Origin: an uncultured virus (IMG/VR IMGVR_UViG_3300022187_000001)
Lineage: Duplodnaviria > Heunggongvirae > Uroviricota > Caudoviricetes > Crassvirales
DNA length: 20,000 bases
Virus record (IMG/VR): IMGVR_UViG_3300022187_000001
Direction: 5' to 3' (one strand)
Below are positions 1 to 9,719 of the stretch, one piece after another; the first letter of the stretch is position 1, and every line of letters starts with the position of its first letter. Under the pieces are notes generated by a model that did no database searches, was not told where the DNA came from, and worked only from the letters and a program-made list of their open reading frames with translations. The position numbers and the translations under genes were made by a program.

Positions 1-1
1 T

Positions 2-3000
2 GTTTAGGTCATTTTCAGTCCACACTCCGTCCATATCAAAATCATAGACAAGAGGCCCCCAAGTTGGCTGATTGTTAAATATACCTCCAGTAAGAATCTG
101 AGGTATTGAATCTCCTCCAGGATCAAGGACAAAGTCTCCAAATAGCGGATTAAACACATACTGCTCAGAAGTAGAATCTATTATGTTCTGAAAGAAAGAG
201 TAGTGTCCTCCTTGACTGTTATTGTACTCCCCGTCAAGCCCGCCACTTTCGTATATCTCATTCATAACCTGTGCTACAGGCTGATTCATATACTGCTCAA
301 AAAACGGAATTACAATGTTTTCTGTCCACTCCTGATAAGACCCACATGCGCACGGTGCCCAAGACGGATGGGGAGACTGACCCTTTCCCATTGCCCCACC
401 CATTTCAGTAAAGAATAACGCATCATTTTCGTCAATGTCATTTACGTCTGGGTTGGATTTTATACCGAATTTAGGAGAGACGCTATTAAGTTTAAACTTG
501 AAGTACTCCCTCCATGTCATGTAATCTATTTGAGCCAACACACCCCCGTGTATAGAAGCGTCAAACCACTCATAGTCATATTGAGACAGCGGGTTCGAGT
601 CCGCTATAATGTTTGAGTTTATCCTAGAGTATTTCCCAAAGAGGTTTACCGTTCCGTTTTCATAGTGAGGTATAAGATTTTGATTGTGAATTCCCCCCTT
701 TGGACCCCCCGTAGTCTCTTTCCAAACTCTCTCTGTAACCGTAGCGCACGGTACAAATTGAGGGGAAAAGAATTTTGGTGGATTGTAGTTTGGATTGGAG
801 TTTTGTTCTTCTTCAGAAAGAGAGTTGTAGTAAACATAACCTCTACTTGCGGCCCTCAAGAATTCCCTGTCAGTATAAACGCCAGCCCTCCTTAGGAGAT
901 CGTTATTTTTTACTATACCCGCTCCAAAAAGATCTATAAATCCTTTGTTTTCTATAGCGTTTATTGGGTTGGCATAGGCGGAACTTCCAGCCGCATTCCA
1001 ATCAGTATTGTAAAAACCTCCGATGTAGTCGAGAGCGTTGTAAGACAGATAAGAATCCCACTCAGGTATATATACAGGGTTGTTAGGTCCGCTAGTGTAT
1101 ATCTGAGTCCAGAAATCGACGATAAGCTGAGGATCCATAGGGTCCACGGGACCAGTTGCTCCCCTAACAGATTTAGTGGGTCTAAATGAGTATGCAGCAG
1201 AGGCAGAAATAAGGTCGTTTAAGCTGTTTATTTTAACCTCATTACCAAGAGACCTAGGCCTTTTTGGGGTTGAAGGCCCATATATAATGGAGTCTATAGA
1301 GTCTGGACTGATCACCCTGCTCTTGATTGCACCACCACCACCATCATCGACAACGTCACCCCCAGGATCACCCCCAGTATCACCTCCAGTATCCTCAAAT
1401 TCCTCATCTATTTCATTTCTAGGGGGCTGAACGAGTTCAAACTCATCAAACGTCTCCAGCGGTTCCTGAGCATAAATAGATATTAAGAACTCCTCGTTAA
1501 CAGGATCAAATCCTGTCACTATTCTTGGGTTTTGTCCGTAAACATCATCAAATGCTCTTTCAAAAAACTCTTTCATGCCCAATGAACTGATTGGGGATAT
1601 GCTACCTCTGAGTCGGTTAAGTCGGAGCACCTCCTGGGCACCTGTGTCTGCAAAGTAAACATCGTCATCCTTAATGAGGACCGACTCAGGGTGTCCATTA
1701 GCTCCATAGTCACCAGAAAAGAAAGACTGCTCCCCAAGAACCTTTACACTAGCTATAAGTTGTTGTTGAGTACTAGCGTCAGACAGTATGTTTCTGTTTA
1801 CAGGAATCCTGCTTGTCTTGCTGTCCTGTATACATATCATAAATTCATTAGACGAATTTATGTAATTTATAGAACCGAAAGAGTTAGGTAGGTCTTTGTA
1901 GTTTCCTAGAGTCTGATTAAACGAAGTAAACTTTATAAGGTTTGACGAGTATATGTTAGCCTCACCGTAAGTTATTGACGCGGACCTTCTGGCTTCCTGT
2001 GAATTTGGAATTATTGCCTTTATTTTTCCTCTGTTATCAACGTTAGAAAATCTTACTAGATCATTGTATGTCTCAGACTCTATATAGAAGTTGCTAAAAC
2101 TGTCGTTGTTAGCAAAAACCATGTCTTGGAAATCATTTTCAAACACCCCTATATCATAGGGCGGCATTTTTATAGCACCAAGCCTCCAAAAAACATCTCC
2201 CTCTGTTAAAAGGAAAAAAGTGTCTTCATGTTCTAGAACCCCAAAATCATTAATTACAGTACGTCTTACATCGCTAATCTCATAATAAGGCTTGTCTTCT
2301 AGATCTGAAAATTTAGAAGGAGAGTAAAGCTCTACAAGGCATCTATTATTCCATTTGTCGGACCCCCCCTCTATAGCTATAACAGAAAAGTCAACTAAAT
2401 CGGGCCTGTTCTTCAGCACTACAAAATCACCTACTTTTGGTTGATTTCCATCCGTAAGGTTGTCGCCCTCTTCATATATTGGATTTGAAGAAGGGTCATC
2501 AGTTAGAGTAACAAATTCAATAACCTCAAAGTCGTAATTAGGAGGACGAGACGTACCATTCTCGTTAACAGGATTGTATGAAATAATCCTAAGTCTATCT
2601 CCAGGTTGATATTGGTACAGCCTATTATCCCCTATGGGGGATTTTGCGCCAAATGCATTTACGTAAGAGTTTTTGCTGCCTTGCAAGTAATTCAAAGAAA
2701 CATATATCTTATCTCCGTCTGAATAAGCACCACCAGCAGTGTACTGAACGAATTTTGAAACGCTTGTATTTCCAGTATATACTACTTGATAATTATAAGC
2801 CCAAGGAGGAGGATCGCTAAAGATCTCTACTGAAACAAACGAGGCTCCAAGGTTTTGACCAAACCTTTCTCCAAGACCTCTAACAAAAACACTACCTAAA
2901 GGCATCACGTTACTACTCCTTCCTCTTTGGTCGTAGTATACAATTCCAAATGCATGGTTTGCGTTAGCCTTAAAACTTCTTTGTGGATCTGAATCTCCGT

Positions 3001-5740
3001 CTAGACCAGTAGTAAATACGTTAAAATACGCAGACTCCAAAGAACCAAGACCTAACTGATCTTCTTCAGAATCAGCCAACCAGCTAACGGAATATGGCTG
3101 GGCCTCAATGGATGAGAATTCAAATTGGTCAATGCTGCCCGTGCCCAGCGACCCAGTATTTACCACCAAATAGGGAAGAACGGATAAGGAATGTACTCCA
3201 GTTGTATGTAGTGCAGGGGATATTGTTTGAAAAATCCCACCCGTACCTGAAACGAACTGTGACATTTGCTGGCTAAAAATTCCAGCGCCATTTCCGCCTG
3301 GACCCACAGCACCGTCTAAAATGGATATTGCAGAGGACTCATAGGTAAATCCCCTATCCTCATATTTTGTTACTATAGAGTTTTCTGGATTTGTAAGTGA
3401 AAGTCTACCAAAGATTCTTTTTACACTGTTGGTTACAATAGTACCTGCAGGAAGGTCGGTAGTTGAAACCTGACCTAATGACAACCCAGCTATGTGCGGA
3501 TATAAGTCTATTTGATTTGGTGAGAAGTCAAAAAGTTGACCCCCATTAATAAATTGTGATCCTGAAAAGTTTTCCGAGATAAAATTTGGCTCTTGAGTAG
3601 TCTGTAGTATGAGATCAGGATCCAAAACAAGATACCTTGAGTGCACACCCTTAGGCGCAACCCAGTTTGCTAATTCCCCCTGTGAGCTGCTTTTATCTAT
3701 TAGAAGGTCTGGAATACAGGTCTTTGTAGTTACATTGTCAATGCTTACTACGTCCAGAACAAAAGCAACTGGATCACTAACACTCTTGACTATTCTAAAG
3801 TTTACGTCAGCAGAGTTTACAATAATAGAGCCCAGTGGGGGCTGCTTTATTGGGGTGCTGGTTCCGTTAAGATTTGACCCTCCACGAACAACCCCTGATA
3901 TTAAAGAATACTCGCTATCTGTATAGTCTATTACCGCCTTGTTAGGTATATTTAGGTCGTAAGAGTAAGAGTATGTAGTGCTGTTTTCTATTACGTTAAA
4001 CTGCGGAACTTGATTTCCAGTTAACGCATTTATAAGCATTCCTGGAAGGTTTGCATTAGCAGAAGTGATGGGGGTATTAACCTCTACTGAAAGAGAAAAG
4101 TTAAGGGATGTCCCCTTTATCATAAGTGCATTTTCTGAAGACGTCCCGTAAGCTGCTGCTACAGCTGTCCCTGCTAAGTCTCCAGCCTCAACGTGCCATG
4201 TCGCCGATGATGAGCCTCCAAAGCTAGAAAGATTTCTTGTTGGTTCATTGTTAAAACATCCAGCATACAAAACAGACGGCATTCCGTCAAGATCAGACGC
4301 CCCATTAGGAGCATCTAGATATATAGAAGACACTGAAACATTCGGGTCACCAATAACTGCATTACTACCTGGAATACTTTCTGTATTTCCTTCTAATGGA
4401 ATAGGATGAAAGCTAGTTCTTCCATCGTATATCGCAAAGTTTTTTTTCGGATATATTACAACATTCAGGTTTATAATAGTTCCTGCTGGTACTGTAGCGG
4501 GGAAGTTCAGCTGACTAATACGAAATCCTGAAGCGACATTTGTTATCTCCCCCTGATTTAAAAAGCTAGGGTCAGATACATTAAAAACTTTGGGCTCTAA
4601 CTTTATTGTAGAGTTCTGAAAGTCTTGACCACGCTCTCTATAACCAACTGCTAATTTTGCGTCCACCTCGATTTGATCAAACCCTTCAACGTAGTTTCCG
4701 TAGAATAGTCGGTTCTCGCTAGTTGTTTGTGCGAGAGCTCTTCTAGGCAGGTTGTCAAACTGCTTAGTCACCTCAAACTCTGGTACTCCCGTAAGTATTC
4801 TGTCGTTAAAAAACGTGAATTCAGTGAAGTTAGCTCCGTCAGTAACGTCGGCCCTTACTTCATCTATTATGTAAAAAGTTTTTGTTTCAAAGTTTTTAGC
4901 AAGCAGCCTAATGTACTCTACCTCCCTCGAATATCCCTCTCTTGGAACTCTTATAGTGCAAGTATTCTCTACAACTATGTCTGTTGAATTCCCTTGATTC
5001 AACTCAGACGGAGGAACAGCATAAGTACTGTACGTGCTTATGGCGCTTTCTTCTCCACTATAATATATATTTTGATAAGCGTATTGGAAAGGAGCCGCCC
5101 CCTCAAACAAACTTTTATCCCTATCTGGATCAAGAGTAAAGTTCCATGTTGGAGGATAAACTGGAGACTTGGGGCAGGCGCATATTGCATCTTCTATGTC
5201 AAATTGATCATAATCAACACCCCATTGATCTGCTAACACTCTGTTTACATCGAGTCTTCTTGGCTCGTTCTTATTGTCTGTAAAATATAATATCGTCCTC
5301 TCCTCTTCGCTTGCATTCTGAGGATTTATATGTACAATATCGGCCTTTACAAAGCCGTCAGCGTCAAAATTAAATTGAGCGCTAGAAAAAACCCTTTGCA
5401 TTGCCCCAGCATCATCTCCTATAATTGGAATTCTGTAGACACCCATTTCTGATGCCAGCTGGGAATACAAAAAGAAGTATATGTATCCATACTTAACGTC
5501 TTCTACCGCTCCTATAACAACCTTTTGATATAGAGGTTCGAAGTAGTTATTTATATTAGGAACAACTCCGTTTCCTTTTATTGGCTTTAAAACTCCTGCG
5601 TCTCCAGTAGTGTTTCCGTCAGCAGAAAAACCAGAATCTCCAGTTATAAGGACGTTTAAAGCGTCGATCATTTCATCGACACCTCTTATTCTAGAGTCCA
5701 AAGAGTTATTTAGATATCTAGGAAGCCTCTTGTCTATCAT
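2..5740 (-). CDS. Large tail stabilisation / muzzle-like protein (P22 gp10-like, crAss-like type), >1,913 aa, 3' end outside the window
   Basis: ATG at 5740 overlaps the upstream stop (TAATG). I translated the first ~350 and last ~500 codons in the same frame with no stop; absence from the ORF track is consistent with no in-frame stop in the window. Starts MIDKRLPRYLNNSLDSRIRGVDEMIDALNV; contains LYFTDNKNEPRRLD, FQYAYQNIYYSGEESAISTYS, NRLFYGNYVEGFD (~4680-4714), FGIVYYDQRGRS (~2915-2950) and GFDPVNEEFLISI (~1475-1513), motifs I recognise from crAss-like stabilisation proteins. Lies after two ring-like genes. Confidence 0.8.
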   Translation of the reverse strand, partial: MIDKRLPRYLNNSLDSRIRGVDEMIDALNVLITGDSGFSADGNTTGDAGVLKPIKGNGVVPNINNYFEPLYQKVVIGAVEDVKYGYIYFFLYSQLASEMGVYRIPIIGDDAGAMQRVFSSAQFNFDADGFVKADIVHINPQNASEEERTILYFTDNKNEPRRLDVNRVLADQWGVDYDQFDIEDAICACPKSPVYPPTWNFTLDPDRDKSLFEGAAPFQYAYQNIYYSGEESAISTYSTYAVPPSELNQGNSTDIVVENTCTIRVPREGYSREVEYIRLLAKNFETKTFYIIDEVRADVTDGANFTEFTFFNDRILTGVPEFEVTKQFDNLPRRALAQTTSENRLFYGNYVEGFDQIEVDAKLAVGYRERGQDFQNSTIKLEPKVFNVSDPSFLNQGEITNVASGFRISQLNFPATVPAGTIINLNVVIYPKKNFAIYDGRTSFHPIPLEGNTESIPGSNAVIGDPNVSVSSIYLDAPNGASDLDGMPSVLYAGCFNNEPTRNLSSFGGSSSATWHVEAGDLAGTAVAAAYGTSSENALMIKGTSLNFSLSVEVNTPITSANANLPGMLINALTGNQVPQFNVIENSTTYSYSYDLNIPNKAVIDYTDSEYSLISGVVRGGSNLNGTSTPIKQPPLGSIIVNSADVNFRIVKSVSDPVAFVLDVVSIDNVTTKTCIPDLLIDKSSSQGELANWVAPKGVHSRYLVLDPDLILQTTQEPNFISENFSGSQFINGGQLFDFSPNQIDLYPHIAGLSLGQVSTTDLPAGTIVTNSVKRIFGRLSLTNPENSIVTKYEDRGFTYESSAISILDGAVGPGGNGAGIFSQQMSQFVSGTGGIFQTISPALHTTGVHSLSVLPYLVVNTGSLGTGSIDQFEFSSIEAQPYSVSWLADSEEDQLGLGSLESAYFNVFTTGLDGDSDPQRSFKANANHAFGIVYYDQRGRSSNVMPLGSVFVRGLGERFGQNLGASFVSVEIFSDPPPWAYNYQVVYTGNTSVSKFVQYTAGGAYSDGDKIYVSLNYLQGSKNSYVNAFGAKSPIGDNRLYQYQPGDRLRIISYNPVNENGTSRPPNYDFEVIEFVTLTDDPSSNPIYEEGDNLTDGNQPKVGDFVVLKNRPDLVDFSVIAIEGGSDKWNNRCLVELYSPSKFSDLEDKPYYEISDVRRTVINDFGVLEHEDTFFLLTEGDVFWRLGAIKMPPYDIGVFENDFQDMVFANNDSFSNFYIESETYNDLVRFSNVDNRGKIKAIIPNSQEARRSASITYGEANIYSSNLIKFTSFNQTLGNYKDLPNSFGSINYINSSNEFMICIQDSKTSRIPVNRNILSDASTQQQLIASVKVLGEQSFFSGDYGANGHPESVLIKDDDVYFADTGAQEVLRLNRLRGSISPISSLGMKEFFERAFDDVYGQNPRIVTGFDPVNEEFLISIYAQEPLETFDEFELVQPPRNEIDEEFEDTGGDTGGDPGGDVVDDGGGGAIKSRVISPDSIDSIIYGPSTPKRPRSLGNEVKINSLNDLISASAAYSFRPTKSVRGATGPVDPMDPQLIVDFWTQIYTSGPNNPVYIPEWDSYLSYNALDYIGGFYNTDWNAAGSSAYANPINAIENKGFIDLFGAGIVKNNDLLRRAGVYTDREFLRAASRGYVYYNSLSEEEQNSNPNYNPPKFFSPQFVPCATVTERVWKETTGGPKGGIHNQNLIPHYENGTVNLFGKYSRINSNIIADSNPLSQYDYEWFDASIHGGVLAQIDYMTWREYFKFKLNSVSPKFGIKSNPDVNDIDENDALFFTEMGGAMGKGQSPHPSWAPCACGSYQEWTENIVIPFFEQYMNQPVAQVMNEIYESGGLDGEYNNSQGGHYSFFQNIIDSTSEQYVFNPLFGDFVLDPGGDSIPQILTGGIFNNQPTWGPLVYDFDMDGVWTENDLN

Positions 5741-6564
5741 TAGTACTTAGGAGATTGCTTATAGTTCTTTCTAATAACCTTCATGGCCTCCTCTTTGGTA
5801 AAGTTGTTCAGCCTAGCCTTAGCCTTTCTTCTTTCGTTGTAAAACTCAGATCTAGCCCTGGCCTTTTCGTTTGCAGGGACATTAGATTTTCTTTCACACA
5901 TTTTGTAATAGATGTAGCACCTAAGGGCTTCTTCGGCGTACACGTGGACCATGGGGTCTGTGTTTCTTGCTTCGTCTGCTATATACTCCAATACCACTTC
6001 AGAAAAAGAATTGTTTGTAGACAATTCAATCCTATTTTGATCAAGATTCACTCTGTATTCTCCGTACAGGTGTCCACCACCCACGCCATACATCATTCCT
6101 ACTTGCCCCTCGTATATGTAATTTCTAAATAGATATGAGTCCCAACTGTTGTTTGTTGAGGTGTCAAATCCAAGAGTTGCACCCTTGTCATCAATCTTGT
6201 CTGCCACAATGTTTTCAGCAATGTCTAACGGCCCCGCCGCAGACACCGCCTCAGCGGCTGGGTTAGGTATGCTTCTAGACTTGTTTATGTTCTTGTTGTT
6301 TCCAAATACATAAAGTATGTTGTCACTACTTACTACACCAATCTTGACAATGTCTACAAAGTCTTCTGGCAGGACAACCTCGTCTTGAGTAGTAACAGGT
6401 AATTTTAGTGACTTTATTCTAGGGGTCACATCAAAACCTATCTCTCTTATTCCTCTAAGAGCGAAATTTCTAATTGCTACATCAGAGCCCCCGCTGGCAA
6501 AGTCGTCAGTGTCAAGAGTAATAATGTAGTCGTCTATAATATTTCTTAATGGAGTATAATTCAT
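5740..6564 (-). CDS. Tail ring / tail tubular-like structural protein (274 aa)
   Basis: ATGA-coupled upstream, TAATG-coupled to the muzzle gene. Helical N-terminus (AIRNFALRGIREIGFD), LPEDFVDIVKI and C-terminal VHVYAEEALRCYIYY match the pattern of podoviral adaptor/ring proteins; synteny. Confidence 0.65.
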   Translation of the reverse strand: MNYTPLRNIIDDYIITLDTDDFASGGSDVAIRNFALRGIREIGFDVTPRIKSLKLPVTTQDEVVLPEDFVDIVKIGVVSSDNILYVFGNNKNINKSRSIPNPAAEAVSAAGPLDIAENIVADKIDDKGATLGFDTSTNNSWDSYLFRNYIYEGQVGMMYGVGGGHLYGEYRVNLDQNRIELSTNNSFSEVVLEYIADEARNTDPMVHVYAEEALRCYIYYKMCERKSNVPANEKARARSEFYNERRKAKARLNNFTKEEAMKVIRKNYKQSPKY

Positions 6565-7298
6565 TCTGCAGCGTCTTCAGAGTTGGTGTAGCTAAATATG
6601 TCAGAATCTCTAAGCCTAACCCCAATCAGCTTTAGAATCTCTGTTGTTACTTCACTCTTGTAGTGGTTTGGAAGGTCAAAATCTCTAATGTCTAAAGGGT
6701 TGACTATATAAGTCCCTGGATCAAAAGCAGACGTACTAACAGAGTAAGTGGGCAATGAATTTACGTCTAAGACACCGTTATTCAAAGAGGTTGGCTGCCT
6801 GTAATACCTTATTATAACGTCTAGACCGCCTGGGTAAACCCTAATATCATCCTGTATTGATGCCACAGGAAATTCTTCTGTAGGGTATGACAGCCTGCTG
6901 TTTAAGATTCTAGACACCTTCTCTGTGTCCTGCATTACTTCAACCGTCACGTTCGCTTCTGTCCTAAGAGATATCAATCTAGCGAAATCTTGCGGCTTAT
7001 CAAAAGGGGTGACGTCTTCATTAGCGAGTACGTTGCCGCCGCCTCCGATCAGTACTTGCTCTTGAATATATCTAGATAGATCTTCAAGCACATTTTTTTT
7101 AGCCCCTTTGTATCGACCTGGATCTATTCCCTGCCTCCTAACCTGTTGACCCAACAGAAGCTCTTTAAACATCTCGTTAAAGATATTCTTTTGAGCTATG
7201 TCAGCAAAAGTATTAAATACCTCAGGCGTAACAAAGCCTTTTTGCTCTTTGTTTGCAATGTCTCTGACTACATTAAATATCTCTATAACACTAATCAT
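6561..7298 (-). CDS. Tail ring / head-to-tail adaptor protein (P22 gp4-like), about 245 aa
   Basis: Probable start is ATG 7298 (MISVIEIFNVVRDIANKEQKGFVTPEVFNTFA), not the TTG at 7313, which lies in the terminator tail/promoter. NKEQxGxxTPxxFN, IRYYRQP and the C-terminal helix fit crAss-like ring proteins. Confidence 0.7.
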   Translation of the reverse strand: MISVIEIFNVVRDIANKEQKGFVTPEVFNTFADIAQKNIFNEMFKELLLGQQVRRQGIDPGRYKGAKKNVLEDLSRYIQEQVLIGGGGNVLANEDVTPFDKPQDFARLISLRTEANVTVEVMQDTEKVSRILNSRLSYPTEEFPVASIQDDIRVYPGGLDVIIRYYRQPTSLNNGVLDVNSLPTYSVSTSAFDPGTYIVNPLDIRDFDLPNHYKSEVTTEILKLIGVRLRDSDIFSYTNSEDAAE

Positions 7299-7302
7299 AA
7301 AG

Positions 7303-7310
7303 CAAATATA
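7303..7310 (-). promoter_or_regulatory. Bacteroidota-type -7 promoter element TATATTTG upstream of the tail genes
   Basis: Minus strand reads TATATTTGCTTTATG, matching TAnnTTTG; intergenic; immediately follows a terminator hairpin. Confidence 0.65.
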
Positions 7311-7311
7311 C

Positions 7312-7346
7312 AAAAAGAAAGAGGGGCTATTGGCCCCTCTCTCTTT
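7312..7346 (-). terminator. Rho-independent terminator after the 270-aa gene
   Basis: Minus strand AAAGAGAGAGGGGC-CAATA-GCCCCTCTTTCTTTTTG: GC-rich stem, 5-nt loop, U-rich tail, about 20 nt after the TGA at 7365. Confidence 0.8.
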
Positions 7347-7364
7347 GCACTATTTAGTAATAGA

Positions 7365-8177
7365 TCAAAGTTTATCTATGTGCTCTTCCAAAGCAGAAAG
7401 AACAGTAGATCCTCTTTCAGTAAGACAATACTTGGTTAAAGTGTCTATACAGTTTGCCCCAGACGGATTGGCAATAATCATTTTGTCACTGTCAAACCAG
7501 TAAGCTCCCTCTTCATTAATCTTCAGTATGTTGTATTCTTTTGCCTGATAAATTAGAGACTTTGCCTTAACTGAAGGATCGTCAAATGCAGATATAAACT
7601 TATCTGGTGACTTTTTTGCTATGCGAAGCAAGTTGTGTCTGATCTCAGAACTTCCCGCATTCGCGTTTACATTAAAGAAAACGGCAACAGGAAGAAGATC
7701 ATTGATGTCTTTGTCTCTGACCATTGATATGGCGTCAAGAAGCTTAAACTCTGTTTGCATCTCTTTCTCTGCATCAAGTTTCTTGTCAAGGACTTTAAAC
7801 GTACTGCCACCGTTGGCTACGTTCTGAGGATGCTTATCAAGATAGGCCATAAGATTTGGCTCCTCCTTCTTCACAAGAAGATTTCCATCTCTAAAAAGAA
7901 TCGGTTTTCTTACTGCGTTGTCCGTCTGCTCATCAGCCCAAATGGCGTGTTCTGAAGGGCAGTACCTAAGCTCTCGCATAGTTTCAGTCTCCTCATCGTA
8001 CATGGAGATTCCTTTAGTCTGAAGCATATAAACAATGCCTCCACCGTTAACAAGCTGGTACACCTTGTGAGTAGGAGCATCAACTCTGCGCTTGAATTGT
8101 TTTTTTACTTCAGTCTTATTTGAAGCTGTTTGGCTGGTAGCTTTAGGCCTACCAGGAGCCCTCTTTGTTTGTGTCAT
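7365..8177 (-). CDS. Conserved phage protein of the capsid module (270 aa), function unknown; N-terminal AT-hook-like PGRPK
   Basis: Clean ORF with A-rich start region (TAATTAAATAAATAATG); lies between capsid and tail genes; basic N-terminal tail KRAPGRPKA. Confidence 0.6.
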   Translation of the reverse strand: MTQTKRAPGRPKATSQTASNKTEVKKQFKRRVDAPTHKVYQLVNGGGIVYMLQTKGISMYDEETETMRELRYCPSEHAIWADEQTDNAVRKPILFRDGNLLVKKEEPNLMAYLDKHPQNVANGGSTFKVLDKKLDAEKEMQTEFKLLDAISMVRDKDINDLLPVAVFFNVNANAGSSEIRHNLLRIAKKSPDKFISAFDDPSVKAKSLIYQAKEYNILKINEEGAYWFDSDKMIIANPSGANCIDTLTKYCLTERGSTVLSALEEHIDKL

Positions 8178-8184
8178 TATTTAT

Positions 8185-9423
8185 TTAATTAAAACTTGAA
8201 TAATTGTTTGCGTATTTTTTGTATAGACTTTGAGACAGTGTTCGGGCGGAATTAGCCCCTATATCCCTAGCTATTACACCAAATCTAGCCAATTTTCCTT
8301 GAAAAGAATATTCTCCAGAAATTCCTGCAAAATAAGCTATTTCTAGGGCACCGTCTGTTCTTCCGCTAGTTGTATTAGATCCTCCTGTTTTTGCGGGTAT
8401 AACACCTACTACATCTCCCCTAAAGTTATGCATGAAAATGTTGTTGTCTCTGTCTCTTCTTATTACAAAGACATACATTGTTTGCTTCTCTCTTGTATTA
8501 GATGTTTCAAGGGTAGGGCTTGGGAACCTATACTCAAGGGTGTTTTCATTATTGTTGTTTGTGTTTACGAATGCTGGAGCTCCGAACCTGTCTTTATGCC
8601 TAATAGAGAAAATGTCGCTAACGCCATTAGCAAAGCCCTTGCACTCACTCCCACCAAAAAACTCATATATGTTTACGTAGCTTTCTAGTCCAAATGCAAT
8701 GTAAATAGTATAATCTGCTCCAGATGTATATGTATTAGCTAGGCTAAAGTAGTTTCCTGGCACTATGTCTGCTGACAGGGTCGATACCGAATTCGATGCG
8801 ACGGTCAAAGTATTACTTACACCTTCATCAGACGCTCTATGGGTTGCCCCTAATAGTCCAGAGTTTTCCCAGCTTGCTATGTGTTGACCAGCACTTGAGG
8901 GCAGGTTGACTTCGTTGAAATCTAACTCTGGGACATTTTGTTCTGACAGAAAATCTATGTCCGCTATAACAGTTGGAATTCCAACTTGTCTATCTCCAGA
9001 CCCCGTTGACTTTTGAGTTACTATGTCTACAGGAGTTGCATTGATGATAGTGGACACATCTTCGAAGCCCTCTATTTTAGCGTCTTTTAGAGTTGCTTCT
9101 TTTTTTACGGAGTCAAACTTAAGTACGTTTCTTTTGTCATTAGCAGACATAAAGTTCATGACAGACTCCATAAGATTCATCTCTTTTCCTTCTTTGCAGG
9201 ATACAGAAATGTTTGTTTTGTCAATTACTTTTCCTTCAGAAAGTGTCGCATAGTCGTATATACTAGCGTCGTCAAAGTTAAAATGAACCTTCCCCAGTGT
9301 TGAGGTCATAAATGAAAGTTTATCTGCAGGAAGGGCAATCACACTTAGGCCTACACCATCATCAGATGATTTTGTTGACAGCAGTGTAATTTGCTCCCTC
9401 CTAAACAGAAAAAACTTCTTCAT
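8185..9423 (-). CDS. Putative virion decoration protein with C-terminal LamG/concanavalin A-like domain (412 aa)
   Basis: C-terminal half shows a LamG-like strand pattern (ASWENSG, YTIYIAFG, MYVFVIRRD, FQGKLARFGVIARDI plus terminal helix ending LYKKY). TAATG-coupled; downstream of the capsid gene. Confidence 0.55.
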   Translation of the reverse strand: MKKFFLFRREQITLLSTKSSDDGVGLSVIALPADKLSFMTSTLGKVHFNFDDASIYDYATLSEGKVIDKTNISVSCKEGKEMNLMESVMNFMSANDKRNVLKFDSVKKEATLKDAKIEGFEDVSTIINATPVDIVTQKSTGSGDRQVGIPTVIADIDFLSEQNVPELDFNEVNLPSSAGQHIASWENSGLLGATHRASDEGVSNTLTVASNSVSTLSADIVPGNYFSLANTYTSGADYTIYIAFGLESYVNIYEFFGGSECKGFANGVSDIFSIRHKDRFGAPAFVNTNNNNENTLEYRFPSPTLETSNTREKQTMYVFVIRRDRDNNIFMHNFRGDVVGVIPAKTGGSNTTSGRTDGALEIAYFAGISGEYSFQGKLARFGVIARDIGANSARTLSQSLYKKYANNYSSFN

Positions 9424-9719
9424 TATGATGGGGTCGCGGCGAACGTGACTGAAGAAACCTTACTATTAAAAGCCGATAGATCAATGATCTCAAGCTTTCC
9501 AAAATTCATAGTTTCAATCAAAGCAGTGGCTACCTCGATATTTGATCCCGCTGTAACGGTAATCACATATTCGCTGTTGTTTAGACCACCAGTCGCTCCT
9601 CCAGCTTCTTTATTGTGATTAAGACAGGTTACGTGTATTTGATCGGTTGTTCCACAGTCAATGCCAAGGACAGTGTCTAGTGGAGTAAAAACGTTATTTC
9701 CAAAAATAAACTTCTTCAT
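9423..9719 (-). CDS. Small putative capsid-associated protein (98 aa)
   Basis: TAATG-coupled at both ends; resembles the N-terminal domain of the downstream 412-aa protein. Confidence 0.55.
   Translation of the reverse strand: MKKFIFGNNVFTPLDTVLGIDCGTTDQIHVTCLNHNKEAGGATGGLNNSEYVITVTAGSNIEVATALIETMNFGKLEIIDLSAFNSKVSSVTFAATPS

Noticed and set aside
203..5236. Short ORFs listed across the first 5.7 kb, making the region look non-coding or recoded
   Set aside because: All overlap one continuous minus-strand frame (2-5740), omitted from the track only because its stop lies outside the window; no recoding or pseudogene is needed.
7299..7313. ORF-track starts at 7313 (TTG), 14087 (GTG) and 19949 (GTG)
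   Set aside because: 7313 lies in terminator/promoter sequence, 14087 is superseded by the TAATG-coupled ATG at 14075, and the portal frame continues past 19949 to the window edge.
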